The notes beneath the pieces were generated by a model. That model ran no database searches. It was not told the DNA's origin and worked only from the letters and a program-made list of their open reading frames with translations. Source: Candidatus Nanosyncoccaceae bacterium (GTDB taxonomy: Bacteria > Patescibacteriota > Saccharimonadia > Saccharimonadales > Saccharimonadaceae). Taken from it: a stretch of DNA of 64,000 nt. The stretch's first letter is position 1. Each line of letters opens with the position of its first letter. Of this stretch, positions 62,327 through 64,000 are shown one piece after another. The position numbers and the translations under genes were made by a program. The DNA lies in assembly GCA_050950465.1 (NCBI GenBank), contig JBMNHQ010000002.1:33670-97669 (forward strand), given 5' to 3'.

Positions 62327-63309
62327 AAAAGCGCTCAGGAAAGGCTGGCCTAAAGACCAAACAAAGCTCAAGACGTCGCTGGATAACTTTTCGACGGATT
62401 GTGCGCTATGGTGTTAGTAATTTCTTCCGTAACGCTTGGTTGTCAGCTGCTTCAACTCTAATCATGACGGTTGCTTTGATGATAGTGTTAGTGGCGTTAG
62501 TGGCGTCAAAAACCTTAACTAGTACAGTTGAGGTCTTACGTGACACGGTAGAAATGTCGATTTACGTTAAGGGTGATATAGATGAGGGTTCGATTAAGAC
62601 TATAAAGAACGATTTGGAAAATCTGGGGAGTGTTAGGGGGGTGCAGTATATTTCTCCTGGGGAGGCTAAACAAGAGACAGCTCAACAGATTGGCTATGAC
62701 GCAGATACGATTAAGGCTTTTAATTATTCTAAAAATGTTCTGCCTGGTACGTTTCGTATTCAAGTGGAGGACATCAACGATCCGTCTGAACTAGAGTCAT
62801 TTGTGGCTGAGAATAAGACTTATCAGAAATTTGATTCAGGTGATCCGCCATCATTCTCATCAGAGCGACGAATTGCAATTGATCGCATCGCTCAAGTCTC
62901 AAAGTTTATTGAAAAGTTTGGCTTGTTGGCAATCGGAGTTTTCTTAATTATTGCGATACTATTTGTCTTTAATACAATTCGTATGGCTATATTTAATCGC
63001 AAGAGTGAAATTTATATGATGCGCCTAATCGGTGCTGAGCATAGCTTTATCCGAGGACCATTTATTATTGAGGCAGTTATGACTGGATTGTTTGCTGGGG
63101 TAATTTCAACAATTGCTCTTTATGTAATTCTGTCATTAATCGATCGTGAGCAGGTATTGAACTACGGTATTATGATAGATAAGGCGCTAGATATGATGCA
63201 CGCCAACTGGCCAATAATCCTAATGGGTGTTTGTTTACTGGGCTCTGTGGTGGCAATTATCTCCTCGATGTTAGCCACTAGGCGCTATCTCAAGGACCAA
63301 GTTGAATAG
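62323..63309 (+). CDS. ftsX: Cell division permease FtsX
   Basis: ATGA overlap with ftsE. TM1, a large extracellular loop, then three C-terminal TM helices (FtsX topology). Confidence 0.88.
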   Translation: MKKRSGKAGLKTKQSSRRRWITFRRIVRYGVSNFFRNAWLSAASTLIMTVALMIVLVALVASKTLTSTVEVLRDTVEMSIYVKGDIDEGSIKTIKNDLENLGSVRGVQYISPGEAKQETAQQIGYDADTIKAFNYSKNVLPGTFRIQVEDINDPSELESFVAENKTYQKFDSGDPPSFSSERRIAIDRIAQVSKFIEKFGLLAIGVFLIIAILFVFNTIRMAIFNRKSEIYMMRLIGAEHSFIRGPFIIEAVMTGLFAGVISTIALYVILSLIDREQVLNYGIMIDKALDMMHANWPIILMGVCLLGSVVAIISSMLATRRYLKDQVE

Positions 63310-63327
63310 TTTTGTTTTTATTTTGTA

Positions 63328-63357
63328 TTGACAAACATAAGTGGTTTGTAGTATAAT
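63328..63357 (+). promoter_or_regulatory. Consensus sigma70 promoter for the PcsB/EnvC-like gene
   Basis: TTGACA (63328-63333), 18 nt, TATAAT (63352-63357). Confidence 0.65.
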
Positions 63358-63413
63358 GGAAGCATAGTATTAGCCTGATTATTGCTAGCTAGTAGTATAA
63401 AGGTTTGGAATAA

Positions 63414-64000
63414 ATGAAACAAAAACAGTCAAGCAACACAAAATCACCATCCTTATCTAAATCGACTCTATCAGTCGTAGCTTTGGTGTTGTTGATTGGC
63501 AGTAGTATAGTCTATTCGAATACCGTCAAAGCCAATAGCTACGAGGCGCAAATAAAGGCTTTACGTGACCAAAATAAGCAATATGAGGCACGAGCAGCAG
63601 AGCTTAGGGTTTATGCCGGCAGTCTATCTGAGGAGATTGCTCGGCTGGATGCTGAAAAACGCGTTATCTTAGAGCAGATTGCTGCAACCACAAAGCGTCT
63701 AGAAGAGTTAGCGGCTGATATCACACAGGCTGAAAAGGATATTGAGTCTAATCAAGAGGCTCTTGGTATAGTCATTAAAGATATGTATATGGCGAGTCAG
63801 ATTACGCCATTAGAGCGCCTAGCTAGCAGTAAGACTATTTCTGATTACATTGATGAAGAGACTCAGCGTAGCAATATGCAGCGTGCGCTGGTTGATAAAG
63901 TTGATGAAATTGATGCTCGAAAAAAAGAATTAGAAGAAAAGAAAAAAGAATCCGAGCAGGTTTTAATTAGTCAGCAGTCGCAGCGTGATGATTTAGCTGC
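63414..64000 (+). CDS. 5' part of a secreted coiled-coil protein (PcsB/EnvC-like FtsEX-associated murein hydrolase or activator); continues past the window
   Basis: Not in the ORF track because it is open-ended. ATG at 63414, signal peptide (STLSVVALVLLIGSSIVYSNTVKA), then a long heptad-rich coiled coil (YEAQIKALRDQNKQYEARAAELR...), with no stop through 64000. It sits directly after ftsEX. Confidence 0.6.
   Translation, partial: MKQKQSSNTKSPSLSKSTLSVVALVLLIGSSIVYSNTVKANSYEAQIKALRDQNKQYEARAAELRVYAGSLSEEIARLDAEKRVILEQIAATTKRLEELAADITQAEKDIESNQEALGIVIKDMYMASQITPLERLASSKTISDYIDEETQRSNMQRALVDKVDEIDARKKELEEKKKESEQVLISQQSQRDDLA

Noticed and set aside
1-64000. tRNA, rRNA or other structured RNA genes in intergenic spacers
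   Set aside because: The largest spacers (16356-16498, 23264-23379, 37845-37973, 47282-47430, 55193-55296, 63310-63413) contain promoter-like AT-rich sequence. None has a cloverleaf-compatible acceptor or T-arm (GTTCGAATC-like) pattern.

Overview
This 64-kb chromosomal segment is almost fully coding, with about 60 genes, mostly on the + strand. Most of it is compact housekeeping: translation (rpsA, infB, def-fmt, rpsU, map, rplU, prfA-prmC, rpmE, rpsB-tsf, frr, proS, lysS, serS, hpf, prfB), replication and segregation (priA, recJ, parAB), division (ftsA-ftsZ, ftsEX plus a PcsB/EnvC-like gene) and envelope or secretion functions (lepB, LCP, htrA, rseP, CPBP protease, secA, murD, galU). I saw no rRNA, tRNA, CRISPR array, integrase or transposase. 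By inference only, this is a reduced-genome CPR/Patescibacteria organism, most plausibly Saccharibacteria/TM7. The grounds are short minimal proteins (for example ProRS without an editing domain), eroded Firmicute-like synteny, no biosynthetic genes, and Gram-positive-type LPXTG sorting signals. TGA is a normal stop here: it ends many well-defined genes and RF2 is encoded. The standout content is two accessory surface-protein islands. (1) Two giant paralogous genes lie at 16.4-23.3 kb and 47.3-54.7 kb. Each encodes an N-terminal membrane anchor, a ~500-aa beta-rich domain, three IPT/TIG domains each split by a nested RCC1 beta-propeller, an FN3 domain and a Thr-rich C-terminal domain. The two loci share a base-identical promoter/leader/5' end and a near-identical last ~0.7-1.1 kb, but their cores have diverged, which points to gene conversion. 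Each locus carries exactly one disabling lesion at a different place: an in-frame TGA replacing the FN3 Trp codon in copy 1, and a 1-nt deletion frameshift in copy 2. (2) Next to copy 1 is an LPXTG-anchored adhesin with a predicted Cys-Gln thioester domain, two SpaA/Cna-B domains and nine 33-aa Cys-bounded stalk repeats that I cannot assign to a family. All coordinates for domains and repeats are hand-derived and approximate to a few bases.
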